Shown: one piece after another, positions 23,538 to 35,577 of the stretch | Layout of the letters: each line of letters begins with the position of its first letter | Position numbering within the stretch: the stretch's first letter is position 1 | Assembly: GCF_001194135.2 (NCBI RefSeq) | Contig: NC_069002.1 | Coordinates: 33,556,188 to 33,595,977, forward strand | DNA length: 39,790 nt | Source: Octopus bimaculoides | Lineage: Eukaryota | Direction: 5' to 3' | The notes under the pieces: generated by a model | Databases searched by the model: none | The model's input: the letters and a program-made list of their open reading frames with translations, nothing else | Told to the model about the DNA's origin: nothing | Program-made: the position numbers and the translations under genes

Positions 23538-23912
23538 AATTATTAAAGAGGACAACAAACGTTAAGGCAAGGCAAACATCTCAAGCCATATACATTATTA
23601 TTATTATTGCAAAAAAAATTCAATGTCTTACAGCTGTTTTTACAATATCGGTAATTTGAGCTGTGAACTTTTATGCTTCTTTTTTTCGTCTCTCTGTTCT
23701 TCTCCTTATTCCTTTACTCCTGTCCTCTTTGTCGTCATTGCATAATTTATGCCTTTCTCATTTTCCCTATTTGTGTCTGATGGCGGAATATCCCATGCTC
23801 TGTCATATCCCAGAAACAGCTGTAAGACTTTGTATTTTTGCAAATAATAATACTATATATATGTCTTGAGATGTTTGTCTTGCCTTCACGTTTGTTGTGC
23901 ACTTTAACAATT
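23538..23912. repeat. ~100-bp inverted repeat (arms 23538-23639 and 23814-23912), PLE pLTR-like
   Basis: acaacaaacg.aaggcaag.caaacatctcaag...gtcttacagctgttt is the reverse complement of the right arm with few mismatches. Confidence 0.9.
23771..23830 (+). ncRNA. Degenerate hammerhead ribozyme motif
   Basis: CUGAUGG (23777-23783), imperfect GGAAUAU/AUAUCC helix II, GAA+ACAGCUGU palindromic helix III, A17, AGAC. Confidence 0.55.
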
Positions 23913-24160
23913 CTATATCCGCTATATCAGAAATCTGCAATGGCTCCATAACAACCGTCTCTGCTATAACCTTGGATGCTTAGTAAACCGTTACAGCACT
24001 TACCTACACGCACGAACGCACTCACGCATAGAAACACAGATAGACGCACACGCAAGCACACACACACAGACACGCAAGCACACACACACTCACGCACACA
24101 CATGATATTATGACTGACTTCACATTATCTATCAACATCAGTATTCCTAATCGCGTTTTC

Positions 24161-24161
<1 letters not shown>

Positions 24162-24209
<48 letters not shown>
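24162..24209. repeat. (ATT)n microsatellite
   Basis: Direct reading. Confidence 0.95.
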
Positions 24210-24530
24210 GGTGCATTTCTCGCGCTGCTACTGTTGCTGCTGGTTCAGCTCTTGTTGTTCCCATTGTTGCTGTTATTTGACCTTAGATTATCTCTGATCA
24301 GATGCATGTCTGTTGACAGCCGTTCTAGTCGTGACTATCCGTTCTTTGAAGTGCAATTCACTGCTGTCTTATCTGTCTTATACGAATTCTTTGTTTAAAA
24401 CAACGCAATGTTTGTTTCCGAAAAAATATTCTGCTGAGATTTTAGCCAATCATATGATATTCTCAGAATTCAGTTTTCTCAAAGTATCACACGTTGTATA
24501 CAAAACGGTATTTCTATTGTAAAATTCCAT

Positions 24531-24602
24531 TTTTGAAGCTACCTATATACGTTATTTGGAAGCTACCTATATACGTAATTTTGAAGCTCCCTATATACGT
24601 TA
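24531..24602. repeat. 24-bp minisatellite x3 (ttttgaagctacctatatacgtta)
   Basis: Three exact-length units differing at 1-2 positions. Confidence 0.95.
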
Positions 24603-24899
24603 ATGGAAATAAAAGTTATTTTTTTTGAATTTCTAATGCGACCAGCATGTTCCTGGTATTTATGCTAGCAGTTTCGTTTTGGTGAACTGCAAGGTTACGT
24701 CGACCTATAGGAAAATGCATTCGGTTCTCAACCGACAGCAAAACAAATGCAAACAGGAAGTCTTAAACACACATAGCGCATATACAAAATTACATGTGTG
24801 TATTTATATATATATATATATATGTGCGTGTGTGTAATTACATATATATATATAGAGAGAGAAAATCTACTTGCCAACGTAAATCAGTAGTCCTGGTAA

Positions 24900-25480
24900 G
24901 GACGATGTTACTACCTTTGTTTTAACCCCAGGTAAACATCTTTTCCAGCTGGCTCCCGACGGACTGCATCCTTATACCTTGAACAATGATGTTTTCCTGG
25001 AGCTAATAACTTAAGCGGTTGGTTAGTTTTGTCCCATTTCCCAACTATAACATTAATTGCAGCGTGGGGATACGGTGCAGTAGATGAAATTTTATTTTGT
25101 TTTGAAATTCTCATTCACTTTCAATTCCTTCCGATTCTTGAATAATGTGGTTGTATCTTCTGTTCTTTCACATATCCCCACAATGAAGATCTCCACTTCT
25201 TCCATTTATCCCCATCTCTGTTCCTGCACTAGAGATCTGTTGTAACTGCTTCATTTCCTTTAATTATTTAAATGTACAAAAAATGGGACTTCCCCGTCTT
25301 TTATTACAATAATGAACTGGGCAGATGCAGAAACGCTGTATATTTCTTTACGGAATCTTGGGACGTCCTACTTATTCCAAACTATGAAGTGGTCTTTGAA
25401 GAATCTTTCCAGTACCATGTTATATAAGATTGCAAATGTTGACCAAAAGAAATTCTTGACAATGTACAGGTTTTCTTAGC
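24900..25480 (-). mobile_element. Possible highly decayed LINE RT fragment
   Basis: Only scattered motifs (GKDVYLGL; KIL...VG..K..RNIQ); family unassignable. Confidence 0.22.
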
Positions 25481-26152
25481 ACTTATATTTGTCTATCCAG
25501 AATGTCACTGCTTCCAATTTTAAAACATAGCTGGTATTTTAGTAGAGAATGGTTTCGTATATCAATACATACATTCTGTTGTCATGTCGGTTTTATAGAA
25601 GTGAATATAAATTTTAACTTATAATTAATGTAATACTTAATAGCGGATTGTACACAGTTAATTTCTCCCGACGTTTTAAAAATTTCGCACAAATTCCTAC
25701 ATACGTCGTTCCAATGTTGTAATCATGATATATTTTAATATTTAATATACATCGTAGACGCGTGTATATGTGTACGTATAATGAATTGCGTGTATGTATA
25801 TGCACATTTATACTCTCACACATACATATATATAATTATATGTATGTATGCATGTATGTATACATATATNNNNNNNNNNNNNNNNNNNNNNNNNNNNNNN
25901 NNNNNNNNNNNNNNNNNNNNNNNNNNNNNNNNNNNNNNNNNNNNNNNNNNNNNNNNNNNNNNNNNNNNNNNNNNNNNNNNNNNNNNNNNNNNNNNNNNNN
26001 NNNNNNNNNNNNNNNNNNNNNNNNNNNNNNNNNNNNNNNNNNNNNNNNNNNNNNNNNNNNNNNNNNNNNNNNNNNNNNNNNNNNNNNNNNNNNNNNNNNN
26101 NNNNNNNNNNNNNNNNNNNNNNNNNNNNNNNNNNNNNNNNNNNNATATATAC

Positions 26153-26188
<36 letters not shown>

Positions 26189-27339
26189 GTATACATTTCT
26201 GTATTTCATCCTCTCTCTCCCCCACTCCTCACTCTCTCTTTATATCTCTATCTATCTATCTATCAATATGTATATATAGATATAACTACGTAAGCCTGTG
26301 TGCTTTTTAGCCTGTCCCCGCATAATATGTATGTGTATATTTACGCCGTTGAGTTTATGTATCTATGCGTATATTTATCTGTATATGAGTGAATATGTGT
26401 GTAGTGTACGAACTGGTGTGTGTGTCGGTTGTTAGTAATAAAAAAAGGTTATGGTTGTTTCAACTAAGTTTAGTAAACATTGTATGGCTTTAAAGTATTC
26501 TTTCCTCCAACTCTCCGTCTGCACACGATTATAAAATCTTGAGAGAATTCTAATATAAATATTTTATGACTGCTCCCTCTTATAGATTCGTTAAGTGTTT
26601 GTGTTTTCTCTTTTGTGACTGTCTGTTCTCTAAAGTATATCTCAATTCTCCACCTGTTTAGTTCGTTGAGTCATTGTTTCATACCAAAGAAAATAGTGAA
26701 CGTCACGAAAGAAACGCTCAATGAACAGATTGCTACATTAGAAGGAAACTAAAAAAAAAAATCGTGTCTGTAGCTGACGTGCTTGTATAGATGATTTGAA
26801 TGTTGTTGTTGATGTTGTCGTTAATATTTTTCTTCTTTGGTTTTGATGTTACTGCTGTTTCAATTCGGGCCATCATTTTTAAAGAAGACCTAAATTCCAA
26901 GACAGTAACTACTCATTGATTTCGTATTATATAATGTGCCGTTTTTTTGTTTGTTTTCTGTTTATTTCTTACCTATGCTTTTGTCAGGGAAGTTTCTAGG
27001 AAGGCGTATGATAATCTACTCAATATTGCTGTTTATAATAATCGGGCTGTCGGGTACATTTGCAGAAGTACAAGGAAGATAAGATAAAAGGTTTGTCTGT
27101 AGTAATCCCTTGTTGCCACCGACTATCACAAGCCGTAGCAGAGCACTATTCGACAGTTTGTTCCCTTTTGCTTTAAATGTGTATAAGTATGGCCTTGTTG
27201 GCAAGAGAAAAGTTAAAAATGAACAGACATACCACAATACTGAGACCAGAAAAAACATTATTTTGAAAAGCAATGTGAGGTCGATATGGAAAGGTCACTT
27301 CATGGATCCTTGACGACTAAGCCTATTGGAAAGACTTTA

Positions 27340-27795
27340 CTCCAGAACTACATGGCTACATGCCACTGTGGCAGTTTGGTTAAGTGTTTTCTACAATAGT
27401 CTCTTTCCGACCAAGGCCTTGTGAGTAGATTTGGTAGACGGAAATTGAAAAAAGTTCGTCATATATATGTATGTATATATGTATGTATGTATGTATCTAT
27501 ATATGTGTGTTTGTGTGTGAGTGCGTGTGCGCATGCGTGTATGTGTGTATGTGTGTGTGTGTGTATGTATATATGTCTGCGTGTCTTTGTGTGTGTATTT
27601 GTCTCCCTGACCACCGTTTCACAACAGTTGTTGGTGTATTTACGGCCCCTTTCCTTAGCGGTTCGGCAAAATATATTGAATGAATAAGTACCAGGCTTTT
27701 AGAAAACAAGTACTGGGGCTCAATCCAGTCTACTAAAGAATACTTCACGGTGGTGCCCCAGCATGACCGCGGGCTAATGGCTGAGACAAGTAAGA
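27340..27795 (+). mobile_element. SINE family B with expanded internal TATG/TG microsatellite
   Basis: Both flanks collinear with the reverse complement of 11765-12164. Confidence 0.82.
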
Positions 27796-29054
27796 GGCAA
27801 TATGTAATATCACTTTGCGGCAGTGTATGAATATTAGGTTGACTCCACATCACAGTAATAGCTATATATCCCGGTCTAAGCTCTGTTAGACACAAAACAC
27901 ACACATACTCACCCATACATACACACAAACATACGTGCGCGCGCGAGCAAACACGTGATTTTTACAACCACACCCCACCCCACCTCCTTCGAATCGGTTA
28001 TTGAACTCAAACTGTTCTTTATGTAAAGTGTATACCGATAAACTTTTTTCTTGTTTTGTTATTTTTGTAAATGCCTAAGTCTGAGTTAATCCTGATCAAA
28101 CAGACATAACCCAAGGCATTCCAACCGTGATTACCACGTCTTTTTCTAAGATATCGATCATTCAGATTTATGCAACCAATTCTGTATTTCTCTAAAAACA
28201 GAAAATACGATTTAAAATTGATTTAGATTTTATTCCTAATAATATATTTCGGGATAATACAAAGGCTCCCGTGTTACTCCCTATTGTTTGTGTTAGGGGT
28301 ATACTTTGAGCTAGTAATGCGACGGGCGTTGGTAGCCAGGGTTGTGATAACTATTAACTCGAGAGCACTTATAATTCAGCAGACCCGTGATAACAATGAA
28401 ATTCATCCGTGACTATCTCATCATTTTTAAAGACATTATTTATCTTGATCTACTATATTTAATGTATCGCTACGGTGGCTGCTGTCAGAACCAATATTTT
28501 CTTTATTTCAACACCAAATCTGATAAATAAGGTTAAACGATATTTTTATCTCATCATACGTCTCTTTCTTTGACTGTTGAGATATATGTGATGTCGATCT
28601 ATGACGGTGTAATGGCTGCATAGTTACATAATTGATGACATTCAAATTACAATCTGGCATATTTATCTAAGATAAACGAGGTATCGTGGGCACTTAAACG
28701 CGATCGTTGGAAAGATTAGACAGAACAACTAAATCTGGCTTTAATCCCTAGCAACATTCTTAGAATTCCCTTCTCCAAAAAGTGGTTATTCCACTGATTA
28801 CCACAATTTCGATCACCAAAAAATGGCAACATCTGAAACTCACACACACTCACACACACACGCACATACACACACACGCACACACACACACACACACACA
28901 ACACGATGCACAAAGACAAACACAAACGCACAGGCACACACATACACACACATACACACAAAATGACTACAAAAACACACACAAGCATACACGAGCGCAC
29001 ACACACACAAACTCACGGTCTCTTCCATTTCACTTTTCTTCCTGCACTGCAATG

Positions 29055-29101
29055 GCCGCTGGCAGAATCGTTAGCACGCCGGTCGAACTGCTCAGCGGTA
29101 T
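29055..29101 (+). mobile_element. Truncated SINE family A head
   Basis: gctggcagaatcgttagcacgccggtcgaactgctcagcggtat matches the heads at 10420-10450 and the reverse complements of 9640-9685 and 22640-22675. Confidence 0.8.
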
Positions 29102-29238
29102 AACGGCTCTGTGAATTATTGTGAATACTATTGTGAAACTGTGTGAATTACTGTAAGTTGTCTCTGTAAATAATTGTGTTTTTTTTGTGGAATCATTACA
29201 GTTACGTTTCACGCGAGCCGCTGCAATTTTTCCCAGCT

Positions 29239-30095
29239 ATGGCAAGTGGTAGTGTCTCCAATATGGAGAGCTACGCCAAGGCCACTGCGGCGAGGAAGCC
29301 AGTGCCGCTAGAAACCAGGTTAATCAAGTTGGATATGGAGGAGGTGACCAGAAGCAAGAATTTGATAGAAGTTGAGGGAGACTCATACAAATTGTGCCCC
29401 CCAAAAGAGACTAAAGGAAACAGAATTCCGACAACAGCTGTGTATCGTACACAGGCTGTCGAAACCTGTAAAATTGAAATGGTGACGGAAGAGGAAATCG
29501 AGGAGTGCCTGGGTGAAGTTGTGAATGAAGCCACCTACATCAACAGAGGAAGAAAGTTCGGTACAGTAGAGGTGAGGTTCGCCACTAAAGAAGAGGCAAC
29601 CGAGCATGCGACCAACATTTTAAGAAGTGCAAAAATAGCATTGCTACCAAGTTATAGAGGAAGAAGTGTGAAAATACGTATTCCCAGAGTTACACCAGAA
29701 ATTAAACCAGAGTGGTTGGTTGCAACAGTACTGGCTGCAACCAAGGAGGAGCCGGAATTGGGACCAGTGCCGAAATCAAATGTGCGCAAATGCTGGGGAT
29801 TTGGACTCGAAATGTGGCTCTTTTCCACATTCGAGGACACATAATTCCCTACCAGATAGAGGTGGGGGTTGAGAGAACGTTAAATGTTGTAGTAGAGGGA
29901 AGGAAACCAAATTGCTACATATGCGGGGAAAGAGGTCATATGAAGACCAAATGCCCTCTATATGAGTTCACACAGCCACAGCAAAAAAAAGCACAAGCAG
30001 AGGAGGAAAACAGTGTAGACCACACTGAGGAAATGAAAGAGAGACAGAAGTGTGAAACGAAAAACAAAGGAGAAGAACGAAAATGGAGCTACTAA
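29239..30095 (+). pseudogene. Frameshifted gag/ORF1-like protein of a non-LTR retrotransposon (L1/Tx1-like): SYA N-terminus, RRM-like middle, CCHC knuckle, basic tail
   Basis: ATG 29239 (MASGSVSNMESYAKA...FGTVEVRFAT); frameshift near 29840; VVVEGRKPN-CYICGERGHMKTKC (CX2CX4HX4C, 29913-29954); a possible second shift leads into the KKRKK frame ending 30312. Confidence 0.8.
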
Positions 30096-30389
30096 CCCTA
30101 AAAAACGAAAGAAAAATAAGTCAAAGGAACGGTCACCAGAAAACATAAGAAAGATAGAAAAGCCAGAAGCTAATAATGTATTGTTTTTACATGAATCTCT
30201 ACCCCATTATCGTTCCACTTTTGTTCGACGGCCTCTTGGAATCCCTAAAGGGAGCAGTACCACTCATTTTGGGTCCAACATCAATGAAATCAAACCATTG
30301 TTATTCCGCTAAAATTTATATCATTCTGTGTGAAATGTGTGCTGGGATAAAGCAGGAACAATTTTAGACACGAATATATTTCTATAAAA

Positions 30390-30743
30390 GTGAAGGCGCT
30401 ATAGCCCAGTGGTTAGGACAGCGGACTCGCGGTCATAGGATCGCGGTTTCGATTCTCAAACCGGGCGCTGTGTGTGTTAATTGAGCGAAAAACACCTAAA
30501 GCTCCACGAGGCTCCAGCAGGGGATAGTGGCGAATCATGCTGTACTCTTTCACCACAATTTTCTCTCACTCTTACTTCCTGTTTCTGTTGTGCCTGTATT
30601 TCAAAGGGCCAGCCTTGTCACACTGTGTCACGCTGAATATCCCCGAGAACTACGTTAAGGGTACACGTGTCAGTGGAGTGCTCAGCCATTTCCACTTTAA
30701 TTTCACGAGCAGGCTGTTCCGTTGATCGGATCAACTGGAACCC
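30390..30743 (+). mobile_element. SINE family C, nearly full length (about 30 nt of tail missing)
   Basis: Collinear with the reverse complement of 22120-22449. Confidence 0.92.
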
Positions 30744-31583
30744 AACAATTTCTATAAATACATTTTCAGGGACAACATTGGAACGAAACCGCAACACTTC
30801 TTTTTCCACACACGCACACAACTTACTTTATTTTATGTATTTTTTTTTTATTAAAATCCCGTTGTATACAATAAATGGTTTTCTCTGATACTAAATTTTC
30901 TTTGCTTCACTAACAACCGCATCTAAATATTTATAATAGACCACTTTACAAACTGTAGCTTGGAAATAATCTTTTCAAGGGATACAAATAAATATTTTGT
31001 TTACTTATCCGTTTATATAAATATTTTTTATTTTTTATAAACCTTGTTTGTTCTTCGGTGATTTCACTTGGCAATTTAATGGCAAATACATTCTATAAAA
31101 TTCCGGAATGGTATTATATGAATAACATCTCCAACTGCTCCGATTTTTAACATCAAATTACAACTACATTTATATCTTCCACCAATTCACTATTCATGCT
31201 ATTGCAGTTACTGCTTATATTACTTGTCTACCATGCGGCTGCACGATGATACCCCTTGCATGAGGTCTTTTAAAGAAATATCAGCTTTCAAGGAATATCT
31301 GCTTGGAAGACTAGAGACATTTCTACTCTCAATAATATTACAGCAACCTACTGGGAGATATAAGATTCTCAATGAGATGCTCTGTAAGTTTGAAACCACT
31401 TGTTTCTGTCAACAACGGGATTATTTCTATGACGACAATGTTTAACTAATGCTGAAATGTATATTTTGAAAATGATAAAGGCGATACAGAAATATCAATC
31501 TATACAACTTTTAAATAAGACGCGCATAAAATACACAAAAACGCAAATCCCAGAGATAGAATCACACAGACACACAAACACAA

Positions 31584-31622
<39 letters not shown>

Positions 31623-31633
31623 ACACACACACA

Positions 31634-31674
<41 letters not shown>

Positions 31675-32548
31675 ATATATANNNNNNNNNNNNNNNNNNN
31701 NNNNNNNNNNNNNNNNNNNNNNNNNNNNNNNNNNNNNNNNNNNNNNNNNNNNNNNNNNNNNNNNNNNNNNNNNNNNNNNNNNNNNNNNNNNNNNNNNNNN
31801 NNNNNNNNNNNNNNNNNNNNNNNNNNNNNNNNNNNNNNNNNNNNNNNNNNNNNNNNNNNNNNNNNNNNNNNNNNNNNNNNNNNNNNNNNNNNNNNNNNNN
31901 NNNNNNNNNNNNNNNNNNNNNNNNNNNNNNNNNNNNNNNNNNNNNNNNNNNNNNNNNNNNNNNNNNNNNNNNNNNNNNNNNNNNNNNNNNNNNNNNNNNN
32001 NNNNNNNNNNNNNNNNNNNNNNNNNNNNNNNNNNNNNNNNNNNNNNNNNNNNNNNNNNNNNNNNNNNNNNNNNNNNNNNNNNNNNNNNNNNNNNNNNNNN
32101 NNNNNNNNNNNNNNNNNNNNNNNNNNNNNNNNNNNNNNNNNNNNNNNNNNNNNNNNNNNNNNNNNNNNNNNNNNNNNNNNNNNNNNNNNNNNNNNNNNNN
32201 NNNNNNNNNNNNNNNNNNNNNNNNNNNNNNNNNNNNNNNNNNNNNNNNNNNNNNNNNNNNNNNNNNNNNNNNNNNNNNNNNNNNNNNNNNNNNNNNNNNN
32301 NNNNNNNNNNNNNNNNNNNNNNNNNNNNNNNNNNNNNNNNNNNNNNNNNNNNNNNNNNNNNNNNNNNNNNNNNNNNNNNNNNNNNNNNNNNNNNNNNNNN
32401 NNNNNNNNNNNNNNNNNNNNNNNNNNNNNNNNNNNNNNNNNNNNNNNCATCAATCGTTATGGAGAAGTTTCATAAATTACTGGGGCAAGTTTGTCTCTTT
32501 ACTTTCACTTTGAACGCCGCATGTTAATAACGCAATGTACTTTTACGG

Positions 32549-32649
32549 ACACGCATGCGTAAACACGCATGCTTGAACACGCATGCTTGAACACGCATGC
32601 TTGAACTAACGTGTTGGCGCAATCGTTGGCGCAATCATTGGCGCAATCG
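32549..32649. repeat. Two adjacent minisatellites: 14-mer acacgcatgcttga x4 (32549-32604) and 12-mer ttggcgcaatcg x3 (32614-32649)
   Basis: Direct reading. Confidence 0.95.
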
Positions 32650-32698
32650 TTAACACGCTCCCAAAAGGCTTAACGGCATTTCATCTCCCTCTATATCT

Positions 32699-32839
32699 TG
32701 AGTTCAAATTACAATGAGATCGACTTTGCTTTTCAAAGTTTTTGGGTCGGTAGAATACGCGCCAAACGATCACAGGGGTCGATGTAATCGACAAAATCTC
32801 ACGCCTGAAATTACTGGTGTACCAAAATTTGAAAACATA
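32699..32839 (+). mobile_element. SINE family A, B box to tail, diverged
   Basis: gagttcaaatt...atcgactttgcttttc...ggggtcgatgtaatcgac...ccaaaatttgaaaac. Confidence 0.72.
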
Positions 32840-32949
32840 TTTCTTAATATTATATATCATTCTTATTATTTCTCACTTGCTCAATTTCTCAAACCTTCTC
32901 AGAGATGTGTTGGCTGGGGTTGCAACATCAATTAGAAATGAAATTAGAT

Positions 32950-33400
32950 GACACTGGCATATCTAAATCGTGCATCATCGGCATTCTGAGCAGCTTGCGT
33001 TGTCTTGTGTTCCCACCATCTTTTGTGAGGGTGATTGTATGCGCAGCATCTTAACTGGAGTATGTGTTGAGTTGCCGCTTTATGTCTTTGAAAGTATTCT
33101 GATAGTGCCAGACGGCTTCATCCACAGAGTAGGTGGTCGATTCTCCATGCATGCTCTCAGCATATGTGGAATAATGACCTGATTTTATATCTTATGAAAT
33201 ACTCTGTTAATTTGCTTGTTCGAACGGAGTGGTTCTTAGCAGCAATGATATACCATTCAGGTTCCCGTTTTAGACAATATCCGGACACCCACCGATTTTG
33301 AAGAGCCGATCTACATCAATGACCCTGATTCCAGTCGGGTATTTGTCGTGCAGTGGCTTGAGGTCCCATTTCACCTCATATATTGGAGGCTGGTTTGTTT
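32950..33400 (-). mobile_element. RTE/BovB-like LINE ORF remnant
   Basis: RWWEHKTTQAAQNADD and YPTGIRV..D.LF resemble RTE linker and RT motifs, but their order is atypical and frames are broken. Confidence 0.4.
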
Positions 33401-33515
33401 GGCTATAGTTTTTTACAGGTTGGGCCTTGTCCGTTGGGTACACATTTTCGTCAGATGACCAATTGTTTTATGTTTGAACCAAATTTCAATCATTTTATCT
33501 CAGGACGTACCTTAC

Positions 33516-33573
33516 GAGTGGACCATCACTACTAAAATCTGCCCATTCAGTTTGGTTCGATTAGCGATGAAGC
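33516..33573 (-). CDS. Candidate 58-nt exon (GFIANRTKLNGQILVVMVHS), phase 1/2
   Basis: ttatttctgttgtgaatatttag| acceptor, |gtaagg donor, one open frame. Confidence 0.28.
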
Positions 33574-34106
33574 CTAAATATTCACAACAGAAATAACCGA
33601 AGTTTAACCTTATATATGTATGAATAGATATGATATGTATGCACATACACATGTATGAATATATATATATATATGTATGAATATATATATATATATATAT
33701 ATATATANNNNNNNNNNNNNNNNNNNNNNNNNNNNNNNNNNNNNNNNNNNNNNNNNNNNNNNNNNNNNNNNNNNNNNNNNNNNNNNNNNTATATACGATA
33801 TATATACATATATATATATATATGAATATGTGTGTCTGTGTGTGTGTGCTTGTGTGTATATATATCCATAGGGAGAGGAGTGTGGACAGAGAGAGAGAGA
33901 GAACCACACATAAGTGGATTCATATACGTTTATTGCTGTAACTCAATCTTCTTTTTCTCTTCTCCAAATTTTCTTCCAATTTTTTTTATCTTTCCAATGA
34001 CAGAAGCAGTTTTGAGTTGCGGCATGACATGATCCCGGCAATATAGAGAAGAAAATATTGAGGCTAGGTAGAAGAATTTGAATAATAGTAAAATGATGGA
34101 GAAAGA

Positions 34107-34165
<59 letters not shown>

Positions 34166-35159
34166 GTGAATTAAATTGACGAGGAGTTGGTGGAGGACGA
34201 AATATATATAAAAAAAGTACTCTAGCAAATAAGAAAATATAAAATTATAGACAGGATGTAGACGACAGCAGGCAGAGGATGACAGACAAATGATGAAAAT
34301 TATATGAGCTTAATAATGTAATAAAGTTAAAGAAATGGACGTTTTGACAAATAGATTTTTGTCAAATAACTATAACGAAAAAAGTTTGCTCACGTGCGCG
34401 TGAGTGCGTATCAATTAATGGGAGATGGAAGGGAGAGACAGAGAGTAAGGGAGAGATACAGAACCAGACAGAGAGTGATAGGGAGAGAGATGAATGCAGA
34501 GAAGCGGACAGAGAGACAAAGTGAGTGACTGAGATGAAGGGAAGAGTGAGTGAAAGAGAGAGTGGTTTTAGTGAATAACATTCAGGTAATTAGTAAACAA
34601 AAAAGATGTACCAAACGTGATGAAGGGACGGAGATACCAATCAGATTCAAATATTCCATTACTGTCTTAACACACCTTTCGACCATTTACTTCGGACAGG
34701 TAAGTAATCTATGGTCATTAAAATGTCAATTCTCAGGTCTTCTGATCCTGTTTCCAATATTCCAAGACAACGTTTTGGCAGAAAAATGAATCGTCACATT
34801 CATTGTCTTTGTAACCAATAACTAGACAAATCGTTGTCTCGTCTCAAAAATCGACAAAAAATAAATCGGAAATCGGACAAAAATTAATAAATATGCAAAT
34901 AAATAAATATAACGACAACCTGATGAACTTTCAAAGAAAAAAATCAGCAAGAAAAAATATAATTTCCGAAATACATTTACAATTTTGAGGTTTGAAAGTT
35001 TTTCACTCTTTTGAATGCTGAGCTAATAAAATACGCCGAAAATATTCATATCAACTTCATTTCTCACTGCTTGGTGTTCCATCATTGGTTGTAAGTCTAT
35101 ACAAAGGTACAGAGAATTGCATACGTATATAAGTAGATGCACACGCACACGTACAACCA

Positions 35160-35290
35160 CAGCTTGCTTTTGTGGTGAAGAAGCTCGCTTTCTATCCTCA
35201 TGGTTTCGTCTTCAGTTCCACTGCGATGCGCAATGTACAAGTGTTTCCTATAGACGTAAAACTCTGTGAGGGAATCTGCTCTACAAGAAT
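35160..35290 (+). mobile_element. Degenerate SINE family B head
   Basis: tgtggtgaagaagctcgc...catggttt...ttcagttccactgcg...caagtgt...tatag, collinear with the reverse complement of 39020-39110. Confidence 0.55.
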
Positions 35291-35450
35291 TCTTAGGAGG
35301 CACAAAATTACAAAAGGGTGCAGTGTAGTCTAACTATAACGAAGTATAAAAACACGTTAACTGCAAAGTCCGAAGCATCAAGATTATGTCCACAGGCACA
35401 GATTGCAGGTTGCAATCCTACTGCATTTTCCAAAATCTTTGGGTGTTCCT

Positions 35451-35452
<2 letters not shown>

Positions 35453-35495
<43 letters not shown>

Positions 35496-35577
35496 TACAC
35501 GCGCACACGCGCACGCACACACGCACACCCACCCACACGCACACCCACACACATACACACGCACCCACACACACATA
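35453..35577. repeat. Imperfect (CA)n microsatellite. Similar CA/GA/TA tracts: 20455-20545, 23428-23520, 28845-29010, 34114-34162, 36234-36306, 37120-37345
   Basis: Direct reading. Confidence 0.93.

Noticed and set aside
29835-29845. Programmed ribosomal frameshift in the ORF1-like gene
   Set aside because: No slippery heptamer at the shift; a 1-nt deletion or sequencing error is simpler
32549-32649. CRISPR-like interpretation of the short repeat arrays (also 24531-24602)
   Set aside because: Head-to-tail units without spacers, no cas genes, eukaryotic context
34590-34705. Plus-strand donor CAG|gtaagt
   Set aside because: No good upstream acceptor or recognisable peptide
35200-35215. CUGAAGA-C-GAAAC on minus resembling a hammerhead core
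   Set aside because: No room for helix II; it lies within a decayed SINE head
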